Shown one piece after another: positions 28,909 to 39,260 of a stretch of DNA of 58,014 bases. The notes under the pieces are model-generated. The model saw nothing but the letters and a program-made list of their open reading frames with translations, was not told where the DNA came from and ran no database searches. Source of the DNA: Pseudomonadota bacterium (lineage in GTDB: Bacteria > Desulfobacterota > Binatia > UBA12015); contig SXLG01000020.1 in the NCBI GenBank assembly GCA_005777805.1, positions 1 to 58,014 on the forward strand, written 5' to 3'. Each line of letters opens with the position of its first letter. Position 1 is the first letter of the stretch. The translations under genes and the position numbers were made by a program.

Positions 28909-30135
28909 TCAAAGCATCCGCCGCAGCAGGGCATCGGCTTCTTCGAGACGCATGTTCTTCGCCACGGGGTAGTCGCGGTGGGCCTCGATCATCGCGGCGC
29001 GTGCGATCTCGGGGATGTCGGCCGGCACGAGTGCGTCGAGTCTCTCGGGAATGCCCACGGTGTGATTGAGCGCGCGCACGCGCTCGATGAAACGCCGCGC
29101 GAGTTCGGGTGTGGGCTCGGCGTCCGTGCCGGCGCCGATCGCCACGGCCAGTTCCGCCAGGCGATCACGGGCCCATGGCGAGTCAGAGAGAAAATCCAGA
29201 ACGTAGGGCAGGGTGACCGCATTCCCGAGCCCATGTGGCACGCCGTACATCCCGCCGAGCTTGTGCGAGAAAGCGTGCACATAGCCGACATAGGCCTTCG
29301 TGAAGGCGAGGCCGGCGTGGAAGGAGGCCAGCGCCATCGCTTCGCGGGCCCCGAGGTCGTCGCCGCTCGCGCACGCGGCGGGCAGATGGGCGAAGATGGA
29401 TCGGACGGCGAAGAGACTGTGCCGGCGTGTCTCGGGGTGGGGCCAGCGGTTGGTCCAGGCTTCGATCGCGTGAGTCAAGGCATCGAGTCCGGTGGCGGCC
29501 GTGATCGGAGGCGGCAGGCTGCGCATCAGCAGCGGGTCGAGCGCGGCTGCCACGGGGACAAGCTTGGGGTCGATGACCGTTGATTTGGCGTGCTTGATCG
29601 GATCGGTCACCACCGCCGCCACGGTGACCTCGGAGCCCGTGCCGGCCGTGGTCGGGATCGCGAAGAGGGGCAACATCGGTTTCCAGATCTTGAGGATGCC
29701 GAGGAGACTGGCCGGCGACTTGCCGGTCACCGCCATCGCATCGATCACCTTGGCGGCGTCGATCACCGAGCCGCCACCGATCGCGAGGATCGCGTCACTG
29801 CGATGGGCGCGGACGGCAGCGAGGCCCGCAGCAAGGACGGGATAGGTCGGGTCTGGCGTGATCGCATCGTGTACTGCGACGTCGATGTCGGCCAGGGTCA
29901 ACGCCTCCCGGATCCGGTCGATCAGGCCGAGCTGCACGACGATCCGATCGGTCACGATCATCACGCGCCGTACTCCCGAGTGGGCGATCAGCGTGCACAG
30001 GCGCAGGCTCGAATCCGGTCCGACCAGTGCCGTCGGTTGCGGGATCGCGAGCAGGCGGGACGCCGGCCATTGCAGCGGTTTGAGCAGGCGGTAGGCGAGG
30101 AGACGGAGTTTCAGAAGCATCGTCAGCGGGTCCAT
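28909..30135 (-). CDS. Iron-containing alcohol dehydrogenase
   Basis: IGGGSVIDAAK, PTTAGTGSEVT, DALTHAIE, VHAFSH, HGLGNA; start approximate. Confidence 0.92.
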   Translation of the reverse strand: MDPLTMLLKLRLLAYRLLKPLQWPASRLLAIPQPTALVGPDSSLRLCTLIAHSGVRRVMIVTDRIVVQLGLIDRIREALTLADIDVAVHDAITPDPTYPVLAAGLAAVRAHRSDAILAIGGGSVIDAAKVIDAMAVTGKSPASLLGILKIWKPMLPLFAIPTTAGTGSEVTVAAVVTDPIKHAKSTVIDPKLVPVAAALDPLLMRSLPPPITAATGLDALTHAIEAWTNRWPHPETRRHSLFAVRSIFAHLPAACASGDDLGAREAMALASFHAGLAFTKAYVGYVHAFSHKLGGMYGVPHGLGNAVTLPYVLDFLSDSPWARDRLAELAVAIGAGTDAEPTPELARRFIERVRALNHTVGIPERLDALVPADIPEIARAAMIEAHRDYPVAKNMRLEEADALLRRML

Positions 30136-30325
30136 ACCGGAGGTCATCCGCAAAGCGAGGCTTGTGCCCGAGCGGTGCCCGCCCCGTGGCGACATCAGGC
30201 GTGCCCGCGAGCGGAGAGGTGACGCCGAGATCCCGGCCGCAGTCAAGCCGGGGCGCCGCTGCTCCTGCTGGCGGGGAGCACGCCTCGGTTTCGCCGGGCG
30301 GACGCGCTATCGAACCCCTCGGGCG

Positions 30326-31138
30326 ATGGCGGGCACGCTGGTGGAATCGGGGCTTTCTCTGGCGGCACTCGCCGCAGCCGGCTTGCTCTCGGGCTTTGCC
30401 TCCGGACTCTTCGGGGTCGGTGGCGGCATCGTCCGCATTCCGCTCTTGCTGGTCCTTTTCCCGTGGCTCGGGATCGACGGCCCCTTTCTCGTCCATCTGG
30501 TGCAGGGCACCTCGCTCGCGTTGGCGGTGCCCGCGATGGTGAGCGCGACACGCGAGCAATGGCGCCGCGGGGCGATCGATCGGGCGCTGGCCCGGGATTG
30601 GTTGCCACCGCTCGTTGGCGGCGTGCTGATCGGTGTCGTGCTCTCCCGTTTCGCATCGGGCGCCTTCTTGAAGCAGGCTTTCTCCGTCGCCATGGCCGTG
30701 GCCGGAGTGCAGTTGTTGCGTCGCCGGCCCACAGGCCGCGTCGAGTCACACCGCCCCAGCGCGCTCATGCTCGGGCTGGCCGCGTTGCCGCTCGGCGCCC
30801 TCTCGACATTTCTTGGACTGACGGGCGGTAGCTTCAATGCGCCGGTCCTCATCGCGATGGGCGTGGGCGTGCACCAGGCGGTGGCCCTCTCCACGCTGAG
30901 CGGGGTTCCGATCAGCGTGATCGGTGCGCTCGGTGCGATCTGGAACGGCTTGTCTATTCCGGGTCTGCCCGCCCACGCGCTCGGCTATGTCGATCTCTTG
31001 ACCTTTGCGGTGATGCTGCCCGGTGCCGTCGCCGCAGCACCCCTCGGTGTCCGGATCGGTCATCGCCTTGGCGAGCAGCGCCTGTCGCGACTCTTCGGCG
31101 GGTTCCTGCTGATCGTCGCGCTGGACATGGCCCGCTAG
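30326..31138 (+). CDS. Sulfite exporter TauE/SafE family membrane protein
   Basis: SGLFGVGGG, GTSLA, GLTGG...P, multiple TM helices. Confidence 0.85.
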   Translation: MAGTLVESGLSLAALAAAGLLSGFASGLFGVGGGIVRIPLLLVLFPWLGIDGPFLVHLVQGTSLALAVPAMVSATREQWRRGAIDRALARDWLPPLVGGVLIGVVLSRFASGAFLKQAFSVAMAVAGVQLLRRRPTGRVESHRPSALMLGLAALPLGALSTFLGLTGGSFNAPVLIAMGVGVHQAVALSTLSGVPISVIGALGAIWNGLSIPGLPAHALGYVDLLTFAVMLPGAVAAAPLGVRIGHRLGEQRLSRLFGGFLLIVALDMAR

Positions 31139-31200
31139 CCCTGGGCCCCCCGCGGGGAATGCGTTCCATGGGTGGAGCGGTATAGACTGGCCTTGGAACC

Positions 31201-32187
31201 ATGTGGCGACGTCAGAGACGCAAATCGATCTCGCTTCCGATCACCCTGGGGGCGGTCGCGGTCGTGCTGGCGGCAGCACTGCTCGTCGGCTGGAGCCTTC
31301 TGCTGGGACAGCGGATCGCGGTGACCGAAGACATCGGTGGCGACGTATCCCTGCTCGTGCTCGGGGCCATCTCCTTCGTCGTGATCATGACGGTGTTGAT
31401 CCTCTTCAGCATCTACCTGGCGCGCGAGATCCTGGAGGTCCGGCGCCAGGACAGCTTCATCGATTCGGTGACTCACGAACTCAAGAGCCCACTGGCGTCG
31501 CTCAAGCTCGGCCTCGAAACACTGAGTCGCGGCGCCCTGGACGTAGCCCAGCGCGAGGAGATCCGCGGCATGATGCTTGACGACGTGGACCGACTCGCCT
31601 CGTGCATCGACGACGTGCTTCAGGCGAGTCTGCTCGCGCACGGGGCAGCCCTCATGGGGGCACAGGAGATCGACCTGGGCGAACTGGCGCTGCGATGTGC
31701 CGCTTCCGTGGCTGCCCGCTACCACCTCTCCGAGGCCTCGATCGGCGTCGAGATTCCGCGCGGCACCATGATCAGCAGCGACCGGGCGGCGCTCGAGATC
31801 GTTGTCAAGAATCTGCTCGACAATGCCGTGAAGTACTCAAATAATGTGGCGGCGGTGCGACTCTGTCTCTCGACCGATCGCAAGGGACGGCCGGTGTTGG
31901 AGGTGCATGATCAGGGGATTGGCATCCCGCGGCCGCATCTCCGCCGCGTCTTCCAGCGTTTTCACCGCGTGGACGGGGAGGGGGAACCTCGGCGCAGCGG
32001 CACCGGACTCGGGCTCTTCGTCGTGGCCGCGCTGGTCCGCAACCTGGGCGGGCAGGTGGAAGCCGCGTCGCCGGGCACGGATGGTGGGACGACGGTGCGC
32101 GTGACCCTGCCCGCGGGGAGTCGCCCCGCCCGCGGCGAGGAGCCGCCACTCTCGAGTCGGCCGCTTGCCGACAGGGGGGTGGCATGA
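31201..32187 (+). CDS. Sensor histidine kinase with 2 TM helices and a very short loop
   Basis: VTHELKSPL H-box, NLLDNAVKYS, DQGIGI, FQRF, GTGLGL. Confidence 0.92.
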   Translation: MWRRQRRKSISLPITLGAVAVVLAAALLVGWSLLLGQRIAVTEDIGGDVSLLVLGAISFVVIMTVLILFSIYLAREILEVRRQDSFIDSVTHELKSPLASLKLGLETLSRGALDVAQREEIRGMMLDDVDRLASCIDDVLQASLLAHGAALMGAQEIDLGELALRCAASVAARYHLSEASIGVEIPRGTMISSDRAALEIVVKNLLDNAVKYSNNVAAVRLCLSTDRKGRPVLEVHDQGIGIPRPHLRRVFQRFHRVDGEGEPRRSGTGLGLFVVAALVRNLGGQVEAASPGTDGGTTVRVTLPAGSRPARGEEPPLSSRPLADRGVA

Positions 32188-32897
32188 AGTCCATGTCCGC
32201 TCGTCTGCTGGTCGTCGAGGACGAGGCGCATCTCGCGGCAGGTCTGAAGCTCAATCTCGAGCTCGAGGGCTATCAGGTCGAGGTGGCGACGACGGCGCGC
32301 GAAGCGGCGGCGCGGCTGCTCGATCCCGATCGCTGGGACACGCTCGTCCTCGACGTCATGCTGCCGGACCTTGACGGCTTCGAACTCTGCCGGCGCCTGC
32401 GCGAGGCGGGGACCTTCGTGCCGGTGATCATGCTGACTGCGCGTTCCGCAGCGCAGGACCGGGTCACGGGTCTCGAGGCGGGCGCCGATGACTATCTGGT
32501 CAAGCCTTTCGAGCTGGGGGAGCTGCTCGCGCGCGTGCGTTCGATGCTGCGGCGGCGTGCCTGGGAGACGGGTGGCGAGCGTGCCCGGCCGGCGGCATTG
32601 CTCGAGTTCGGGCGCGTGCAGGTGAACTTCGACAGCCACGAGGTCCGGGTCGCGGGTGTCATGACGAAACTCACCCAGCTCGAACTCGACCTGCTGCGCT
32701 ACTTCTCGCTCCATCCGGGGCGCGTGCTCGCGCGGGAGGAGTTGCTCGAGAAGGTCTGGAAGCTGCGCAACTACCCGAACACGCGCACGGTCGATAACTT
32801 CCTCGGGCGCCTGCGGCGGCGCTTCGAGGAGGACCCGCAACAGCCGCATCATTTCGTCTCGGTGCGGGGCGCCGGCTACAAGTTCGTGCCGGATTGA
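32184..32897 (+). CDS. OmpR/PhoB-family response regulator
   Basis: VVEDE, LDVMLP, MLTA, GADDYLVKPF, RTVDNFLGRLRR, VRGAGYKF. Confidence 0.95.
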   Translation: MKSMSARLLVVEDEAHLAAGLKLNLELEGYQVEVATTAREAAARLLDPDRWDTLVLDVMLPDLDGFELCRRLREAGTFVPVIMLTARSAAQDRVTGLEAGADDYLVKPFELGELLARVRSMLRRRAWETGGERARPAALLEFGRVQVNFDSHEVRVAGVMTKLTQLELDLLRYFSLHPGRVLAREELLEKVWKLRNYPNTRTVDNFLGRLRRRFEEDPQQPHHFVSVRGAGYKFVPD

Positions 32898-32905
32898 GCG
32901 AGCTT

Positions 32906-32969
32906 TTACCGAACCGTGACCGAAGATTGCGCAACGGTGACGGTGCCGGCGCGAGGGTGGGGCTAGTCT
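32906..32969 (+). promoter_or_regulatory. Putative OmpR-type tandem box plus -10 element for the desaturase
   Basis: TTACCGAA (32906) and TGACCGAA (32917), 11-bp period; TAGTCT (32964-32969) 6 nt before ATG 32976. Confidence 0.5.
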
Positions 32970-32975
32970 CCGCCC

Positions 32976-33851
32976 ATGACGCCACAGACCGCGCTCGACT
33001 CCGACACTCTCTCGCAACCAGGGAACGTGGGCCAGTGGGCCTGGCGTCCGGCCGACTGGCTGGATGCTGCCCCCTTCGTTTTTTGTCACGTTGCGCTGCT
33101 CGGCGTATTCTGGTCGGGCGTTACAGTCGAATCGCTGCTGCTGGGGCTCGGGCTCTTCCTGCTCCGGGCGTGGGGCGTGACTGCTGGCTATCACCGCTAC
33201 TTCTCGCACCGCAGCTATCAGACGAGTCGGGTCTTCCAGTTCATTCTGGCGCTGCTCGCGCAGTCGAGTGCGCAGAAGGGTGTGCTCTGGTGGGCCGCCC
33301 ATCATCGCGTCCATCACCGCCGTAGTGACATGCCGGGCGACGTTCACTCTCCGGTCCAGCGTGGCTTCTGGTACGCGCACGTCGGCTGGATCTTCGACGG
33401 CACCGAGGCGACGCGCTGGGAGCAGATCCCGGATTTTGCGCGCTACCCGGAGCTCCGCCTCCTGAATCGCTATCCCCTGACGCCGGCGGTTGGGCTCGCG
33501 CTGCTCTGCTTCCTGTGGATGGGCTGGCCCGGTCTCTTCGTCGGCTTCTTCGCCAGCACGGTGGCCTGCTGGCACAACACCTTTCTGGTGAACTCGCTGG
33601 CGCATGTCTGGGGTTCGCGTCGTTTCGCGACGGCCGACCAGAGCCGGAATAATTTCTGGATTGCCCTCAGCACTCTCGGCGAGGGGTGGCACAACAACCA
33701 CCACCACTATCCCGGTTCGTGCCGCAACGGGTTCTACTGGTGGGAGATCGACGTCACCTGGTACCTGCTGCTCCTGCTCGAGCGCTGCGGCATCGTCTGG
33801 AATCTGCGCGAACCCCCGGCGCGCGTGCTGGCGCTGGGGCGCGGCGCGTGA
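32976..33851 (+). CDS. Delta-9 acyl-CoA/acyl-lipid desaturase
   Basis: His boxes HRYFSH, HRVHH and GEGWHNNHH. Confidence 0.93.
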   Translation: MTPQTALDSDTLSQPGNVGQWAWRPADWLDAAPFVFCHVALLGVFWSGVTVESLLLGLGLFLLRAWGVTAGYHRYFSHRSYQTSRVFQFILALLAQSSAQKGVLWWAAHHRVHHRRSDMPGDVHSPVQRGFWYAHVGWIFDGTEATRWEQIPDFARYPELRLLNRYPLTPAVGLALLCFLWMGWPGLFVGFFASTVACWHNTFLVNSLAHVWGSRRFATADQSRNNFWIALSTLGEGWHNNHHHYPGSCRNGFYWWEIDVTWYLLLLLERCGIVWNLREPPARVLALGRGA

Positions 33852-33957
33852 GGCCGGGCGAGCCGGCGCCGTCCTGCTGAATCGTGCCCCCGCTGCTGCC
33901 GGAGGGCGGTCCTGTCGATGCAAAAATATCCGCGCGGCCGGACCGAGGGGCGCCCCG

Positions 33958-35973
33958 TCAAGTCGCGTTGCGTACCGCGTCGAGAGTCGAGTGGTCCTCG
34001 AGCGAGGACAGGTCGCCACGCGGACCGCCGGCACCGCCGTCGCGCTCGAGGTGGATGGCGCGGATCAGGCGGCGCATGATCTTGGCGTTGCGGGTCTTGG
34101 GTAGCGCGCGGGTGAAGAGCAGGCCCGCGGGTTTCATCGCCCGGCCGAGGCCCTGCTCGACACGTTTGATCAGGCGCGCCCGCAGCGTTTCGTCGGGCGC
34201 GTAGCGCGCTGCCAGCACGACGTAACAGACCAGCGCTCCGCCCTTGACTTCGTGCGGCACCTCGATCGCCGCTGCCTCCAGCACCGCCGGGTCCGCCGTA
34301 AGCAGAGATTCGACTTCCGCCGGGCCGAGTCGCTTGCCGGCGAGCTTGATCGTGTCGTCGCTGCGACCCTCGATGGTCCAGCTCCCGTCGTCAAAATGGC
34401 GTGCGAAGTCTCCGTGAACCCAGAGGCCGGGCCAGCGGGACCAGTAGGTCTCCTCGTAGCGCTCCGGGTCTTGCCAGAAACCACGTGTCATGCCCGGCCA
34501 GGGCCGGCGCACCACCAACTCGCCCACCGCAGAGCGCAGCGAGCGGCCCTCGTCGTCGAGGACGTCGGCGTCGATGCCGAGGATCGGCGCCGAGAAGCCG
34601 CACGCTCGTAACGGATGGACCATCGTGCAGCCGAGGATGCCGCCGCCGATCTCCGTGCCGCCCGAGTAGTTGACGATCGGCAGGCGGCCGCCACCGACGA
34701 CTTCGGCGAACCAGCGGTAAGGCTCGGGATTCCAGGCTTCGCCGGTCGAGCCAAGCACGCGCAATGAGGTGAGGTCGTGCGCGCGTACCGGGGCCTCGCC
34801 CTTCTCGCGCAGGGCGCGCACCACGGTCGGGGCCAGCCCGAGATGCGTGACCCGGGCGCGCTCGACGATCTCCCACAGGCGGTCCGGGCCGGGATAATCG
34901 GGCGTGCCCTCGAGCAGCACCATCGTCGCGCCCAGCGTGAGGGTGCCGAGAATCTGCCACGGTCCCATCACCCAGCCGAGGTCGGTCACCCACAGGAGTC
35001 GGTCGCCCACCTCGACGTCGAAACACCAGGCCATATCGACCGCGATCTTGAGCGGGAATCCGCCGTGGGTCGCAACCACACCCTTGGGCCGGCCGGTGGT
35101 GCCCGACGTGTACATCAAAAGTGCGGGATCGCTGGCGGCGGTCGGATGGCAGGCGACGGCCGGGCCCGCCTTGCCTGGGGCCGGCGACTCGGGGTGCACG
35201 GGGGCAGCCGCGAGATCGGCCGCGCGTGGCCAGGGCCGGTCACGGGCCTCGTTCCACGGCGGCTGTGTTGCAGCGCCCGCGCGCTCGACGACGAGAATAT
35301 GCTCGACGCAGCCGGCGAGAGCAGCGGCGGCGTCCGCAATGGCCTTGGCCTGGACCAGGCGGCCGCGGCGCGGGAAGGCGTCGGTGGTGATGAGCACCTT
35401 TGCGTGGGCGTCGGCGAGCCGGCTTGCCACGGCCTCGGCGCCGTAGCCGGAGAAGCAAGGCACGGCGATTGCGCCGAGCCGCAGGATCGCCAGCAGGGCC
35501 GCCGCCGTCTCGGGCAGCATCGGCAGGAAGAGGGCAACCCGGTCGCCGGGCCCGACACCGCAGGCGGCCAGCGCACGCGCGCCGCGCTCGGTCTCGCGCG
35601 CCAAATCAGTCAGTGACCAGGTTCGCTCATCGCCGTCGTCGCCGAACCAGATCACCGCTGCAGCGTCGGCCCGGGTACCGAGCCAGCGATCGATCGCGTT
35701 GTGCGCGGCGTTGATCTTTCCGCCGGAGAAGAAGTCGGCCCACGCGGGCCCACGCGCCTCGTCGAGCACCCGGGAGAACGGGGTGAGCCACTCGAGACCG
35801 AGTTCGCGCACGGCGAGCCGCCAGAACGTCTCGGGCTCCGCGATCGAGCGTGCGTGAAGCGTGGCGTAGCCCGCGACCGTCGGCGCGAGTCCACACGCCC
35901 GCAGGAGTCGACCGAGCCGGCTTGACGCCGCTTGCTCAGCGTCCGGCCGCCACCAGAACCTGTCTTCGTCCAT
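33958..35973 (-). CDS. Acetyl-CoA synthetase-like AMP-binding protein
   Basis: YTSGTTGRPKG, DLGW.MG, SGGTE, GRSDD, PKTRNAKIMRR. Confidence 0.9.
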   Translation of the reverse strand: MDEDRFWWRPDAEQAASSRLGRLLRACGLAPTVAGYATLHARSIAEPETFWRLAVRELGLEWLTPFSRVLDEARGPAWADFFSGGKINAAHNAIDRWLGTRADAAAVIWFGDDGDERTWSLTDLARETERGARALAACGVGPGDRVALFLPMLPETAAALLAILRLGAIAVPCFSGYGAEAVASRLADAHAKVLITTDAFPRRGRLVQAKAIADAAAALAGCVEHILVVERAGAATQPPWNEARDRPWPRAADLAAAPVHPESPAPGKAGPAVACHPTAASDPALLMYTSGTTGRPKGVVATHGGFPLKIAVDMAWCFDVEVGDRLLWVTDLGWVMGPWQILGTLTLGATMVLLEGTPDYPGPDRLWEIVERARVTHLGLAPTVVRALREKGEAPVRAHDLTSLRVLGSTGEAWNPEPYRWFAEVVGGGRLPIVNYSGGTEIGGGILGCTMVHPLRACGFSAPILGIDADVLDDEGRSLRSAVGELVVRRPWPGMTRGFWQDPERYEETYWSRWPGLWVHGDFARHFDDGSWTIEGRSDDTIKLAGKRLGPAEVESLLTADPAVLEAAAIEVPHEVKGGALVCYVVLAARYAPDETLRARLIKRVEQGLGRAMKPAGLLFTRALPKTRNAKIMRRLIRAIHLERDGGAGGPRGDLSSLEDHSTLDAVRNAT

Positions 35974-36035
35974 GCCTCGGTCTTGCGCGCCGCGCGCTTC
36001 GGTTCAAGCGGCGGCGCGCGGGATCTTCCGAGCGA

Positions 36036-38078
36036 TCAGCTCGGCGGCGCCGTGCAGGGCGCGTTGCCGCAGACGTCGATCACCCTGCTCTCGGGCGCGA
36101 GGAAAGCGGCTTTCTGCCGCCGGGCCTCGACATACGAGCGCGGATCGCCATGCGGGTCCTCGCCTTCACGAGGGGGCATGTTGGTCAGCGGCGGGGCGGC
36201 GGCGCCCGAGTCCCAGACGATGATGGCCGAGCCGTCGAAGGGATACGACGGGATCGGCTCGATGCCCCACGCGGGTTCGCGGTCGGCGAGCCGGCCGGGC
36301 GTGACGACGGGGGTGTGGACGGAGGCGCCGATCGTGCGCGCCTGAACGTCGGCTGCGGCGGGCGCGACCTGATGATCGCCGAAGGCGACATGCATCAGGA
36401 CTCGATGCGCCGGCGTGCCGGGCAGCGGGTCGTCCGTCATGTGCCAGGCGTAGCCGTTGGCCTCGCCGCGATCCCACTGCATCTGCAGCAGCGAGAGTCC
36501 GATGCCGCGTTCGATTTCATTGGGGTACGAGGGGTCGTAGATCGACCGGTAGGTGTCCCAGTCCACACTGCGCTGCAAGAGCAGCGAGTAGTTCATGGCC
36601 GGGACGCCCAGCACGGCCTTGGTCCAGTCGATCGCGACGGCGGTGGCGATACCCCCCATGATGCCGTCCTGGCTGTTGCCGTCGTAATAAAGTTCGCGGC
36701 GGTCGATCACGCTGCGGCCGTCGGTGCCCTGGAACGCCGGATGCGAACCGAGGCCGTCGGCATGGATCATCAGGCGGCCGAGGAAGAGCGTGTTGAGAAC
36801 GCCCTGCTGCAGCCGATCGACGTTGGTGTCCATCTTCGAGATGTCCTGCAGGATGGCGACCGCGTTGCCGACATCCTCCTCTGCCATGCCGATCCAGCGC
36901 GTCGCGCAAAAAACGAAGCCGTGCTCGTTGGCCATGCTGCGGACATTGCCGGCCGAGACCTCGCCCTCGCTGCCGAGCAGGCCGTGGCCGTAGACTGCGG
37001 GACGCGCCGGAGCGGCGCTGCCATCGGCGGCGAACGCGCTGCGCGGCACGATGCAACGGAAGGCCGCGGAGTAGGTGCCGGTGTAGGCCGGCAGACCGTT
37101 GCTGCCCCAGGCGAAGCTCTGACCGGGGACGCCACCACCGGTCATGTAGAGGGGGACTTCGAAGGTGCCGCTCACGCGCCGCAGGACGCGCTCGTCGAGA
37201 GGGTCCTCGACCTGAGTCACCTCGAACCCGGGCGCCGCACTCCCCAGCCGGTCGAAGGCATCGTCACGGATGTGCACGAGGCGTTCGGTGAGGTTGGCCG
37301 AACTCGCGACGGTGAAGTCCCAGGCGAGGAAGAGGTCGGCACGGCCTACGCCCGCAGCCTCCAGCTCGGTGAAGACGCGCTCGTAGCGATCGCGCCGGGC
37401 CTCCATCTCCGGGACGTTGGTGTGGAGCCGGTCGCGGTAGGCGCGGAATGCATCACCGGCAGTGACGCTGCTGCCGTCGCCATGGACCAGATTTCGGAGA
37501 GCGACGATGTAGCGGTGACCGTGACGCAGGTTGATCGCCGGCCGTACGTAAAGCACTGTATTTGCGACATCGGCGACGCTGGCGTCGATCTCGCCCCAGT
37601 ACGGCACACGCTCGCCGCTCTCGGTGTCGAGGATCACCGCGCCGGCATCGGGTGCGAGCGAGGCGCCGATGTCGGCGACCGAGGGAATCCGGCTCGCGGC
37701 CACGTCGAGATCGGGCACGAACGTGGCGATCTGCGCGCCGGGGCTGAAGCCGTCGTTGCGATTCCACTCGCTCGGATCGACCTGCACGCCCCGGGCGTTG
37801 GTGATCATTGACGCACGCGCGAAAGCGACGCGCCGCCCGGTCACGCTCGCCTCGTCCTCGACCGTGAACGTGTCGCTCGGGAAGGGCAGCAGGCAGTGGC
37901 GCGGATCGAGCGGATCGCAGCGCTCGGGCGCTTCCGGGGCGAGGGTGATTTCGCCGGCGAAGAAAGGAGTACTTGTCGTCCCGCAGGCCGCGAGGCCGAG
38001 CGCGAGACCGAGCACGAGTGGGTAGGAGGCATTCTTCTGCATGGAGAAAACGTTAAAGGGGATCAGGCCGTCTGTCAC
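36036..38078 (-). CDS. Secreted lipoprotein with C-terminal alpha/beta-hydrolase domain (paralog A)
   Basis: Lipobox LAAC, CLLPFPSD, DGFSP, YGHGLLG, GNSQDG, GDHQV, DPH; AGGAG RBS before GTG 38078. Confidence 0.8.
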   Translation of the reverse strand: MTDGLIPFNVFSMQKNASYPLVLGLALGLAACGTTSTPFFAGEITLAPEAPERCDPLDPRHCLLPFPSDTFTVEDEASVTGRRVAFARASMITNARGVQVDPSEWNRNDGFSPGAQIATFVPDLDVAASRIPSVADIGASLAPDAGAVILDTESGERVPYWGEIDASVADVANTVLYVRPAINLRHGHRYIVALRNLVHGDGSSVTAGDAFRAYRDRLHTNVPEMEARRDRYERVFTELEAAGVGRADLFLAWDFTVASSANLTERLVHIRDDAFDRLGSAAPGFEVTQVEDPLDERVLRRVSGTFEVPLYMTGGGVPGQSFAWGSNGLPAYTGTYSAAFRCIVPRSAFAADGSAAPARPAVYGHGLLGSEGEVSAGNVRSMANEHGFVFCATRWIGMAEEDVGNAVAILQDISKMDTNVDRLQQGVLNTLFLGRLMIHADGLGSHPAFQGTDGRSVIDRRELYYDGNSQDGIMGGIATAVAIDWTKAVLGVPAMNYSLLLQRSVDWDTYRSIYDPSYPNEIERGIGLSLLQMQWDRGEANGYAWHMTDDPLPGTPAHRVLMHVAFGDHQVAPAAADVQARTIGASVHTPVVTPGRLADREPAWGIEPIPSYPFDGSAIIVWDSGAAAPPLTNMPPREGEDPHGDPRSYVEARRQKAAFLAPESRVIDVCGNAPCTAPPS

Positions 38079-38263
38079 CCGCTCCTGCCGCGCTCGTGGA
38101 CGGGGAAGGGCCGAGCGGCCGGAGGAGACTTCCGTCCGGTCGCAGCGGTAGACATGGGGCGAGCCTGGTCCGTCCTGCTGTTGCGCCGCAGCACGCCGAT
38201 GCGGCGGGTCGATGCCGCCCTGGGGTACCCACCAAGGGGCCGATCTGATAGCCGGCAGAAGCG

Positions 38264-39148
38264 ATGAAGATCGGTCTTTTTCTCCCCTTGCTCGGTGAGG
38301 CCAGCACCCTCCGTCAGGCGCTGATCGAATCGGCGCGCGCCGCCGATACGATGGGATTCCACGCGCTCTGGTTTCCGGAGCACGTCGTCCTCGTCGACGA
38401 TCCGGCCTCGCGCTACCCCTACTCGGAGGACGGGCGCTTCCCGATCAACGCTGCCGAGGGCGGGGTCATCGAGCCTTTTGCGGCGATCGCGCTCGCCGCC
38501 GGCGTGACCGAACGCATCCGGCTCGGGACGGGGATCTGTCTCGTGCCGCAGCGTTCGCCCGTCTACACCGCCAAGCAGGTGGCCGATTGCGACGTCCTCT
38601 CGGGTGGTCGAATCGATTTCGGCGTGGGCATCGGCTGGTTACGCGAGGAATTCGAGGCACTCGGCGTGGACTTCGAGGATCGCGGCTACCGCTGTCGCGA
38701 ATACCTCGATGCCATGCAGTCGCTGTGGACCGACGCCTCGTCGAGTTTCGAGGGACGCCTCTACCGCCTGCCCCCGGTCCGGATGCTGCCGAAACCTCTG
38801 CAGAAGCCGTTTCCGCCCATCATCTTCGGTGGCGAGACCGACGCCGCCTTGCGCCGGGCCGCCGATCTTGGTCAAGGTTGGTTTGGCTTCAATCACACGC
38901 CCGACGAGGTCGCCGCGCGGATTCACCGCTTGCAGGGGATGCTCGCGCGCCGCGGGCGGGCCCGGAGCGATCTCCAGATCGTCGTCTCGCCCTACCTCAA
39001 GCCCGTTGCCGGACCCGAGACGCTGGCGGCCTATGCCGCGGCGGGCGTCGATCAGCTGGTGCTGGTCGTTGCGGCGGTGGGCGCGACCGATTCCGTCCGG
39101 GCGATCGAAGCGCTGGTCCCGTTGCTCGACGCGGCCCGCAACTGCTGA
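38264..39148 (+). CDS. LLM-class, probably F420-dependent, oxidoreductase
   Basis: WFPEHVV..YPY, RLGTGICLVPQR.P, DVLSGGR..GVGIGW.REEF, PKPLQ. Confidence 0.88.
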   Translation: MKIGLFLPLLGEASTLRQALIESARAADTMGFHALWFPEHVVLVDDPASRYPYSEDGRFPINAAEGGVIEPFAAIALAAGVTERIRLGTGICLVPQRSPVYTAKQVADCDVLSGGRIDFGVGIGWLREEFEALGVDFEDRGYRCREYLDAMQSLWTDASSSFEGRLYRLPPVRMLPKPLQKPFPPIIFGGETDAALRRAADLGQGWFGFNHTPDEVAARIHRLQGMLARRGRARSDLQIVVSPYLKPVAGPETLAAYAAAGVDQLVLVVAAVGATDSVRAIEALVPLLDAARNC

Positions 39149-39260
39149 GGGGGCTGCGGCCACTCAGGACGCACCCCTCTGGGGTCACGGTCCGCAACTG
39201 CGGACGGGGCCGCGACCACCGCCCTGGCGCCGCTGGCTGCGCGCCACGCCCGAGCGCGAG

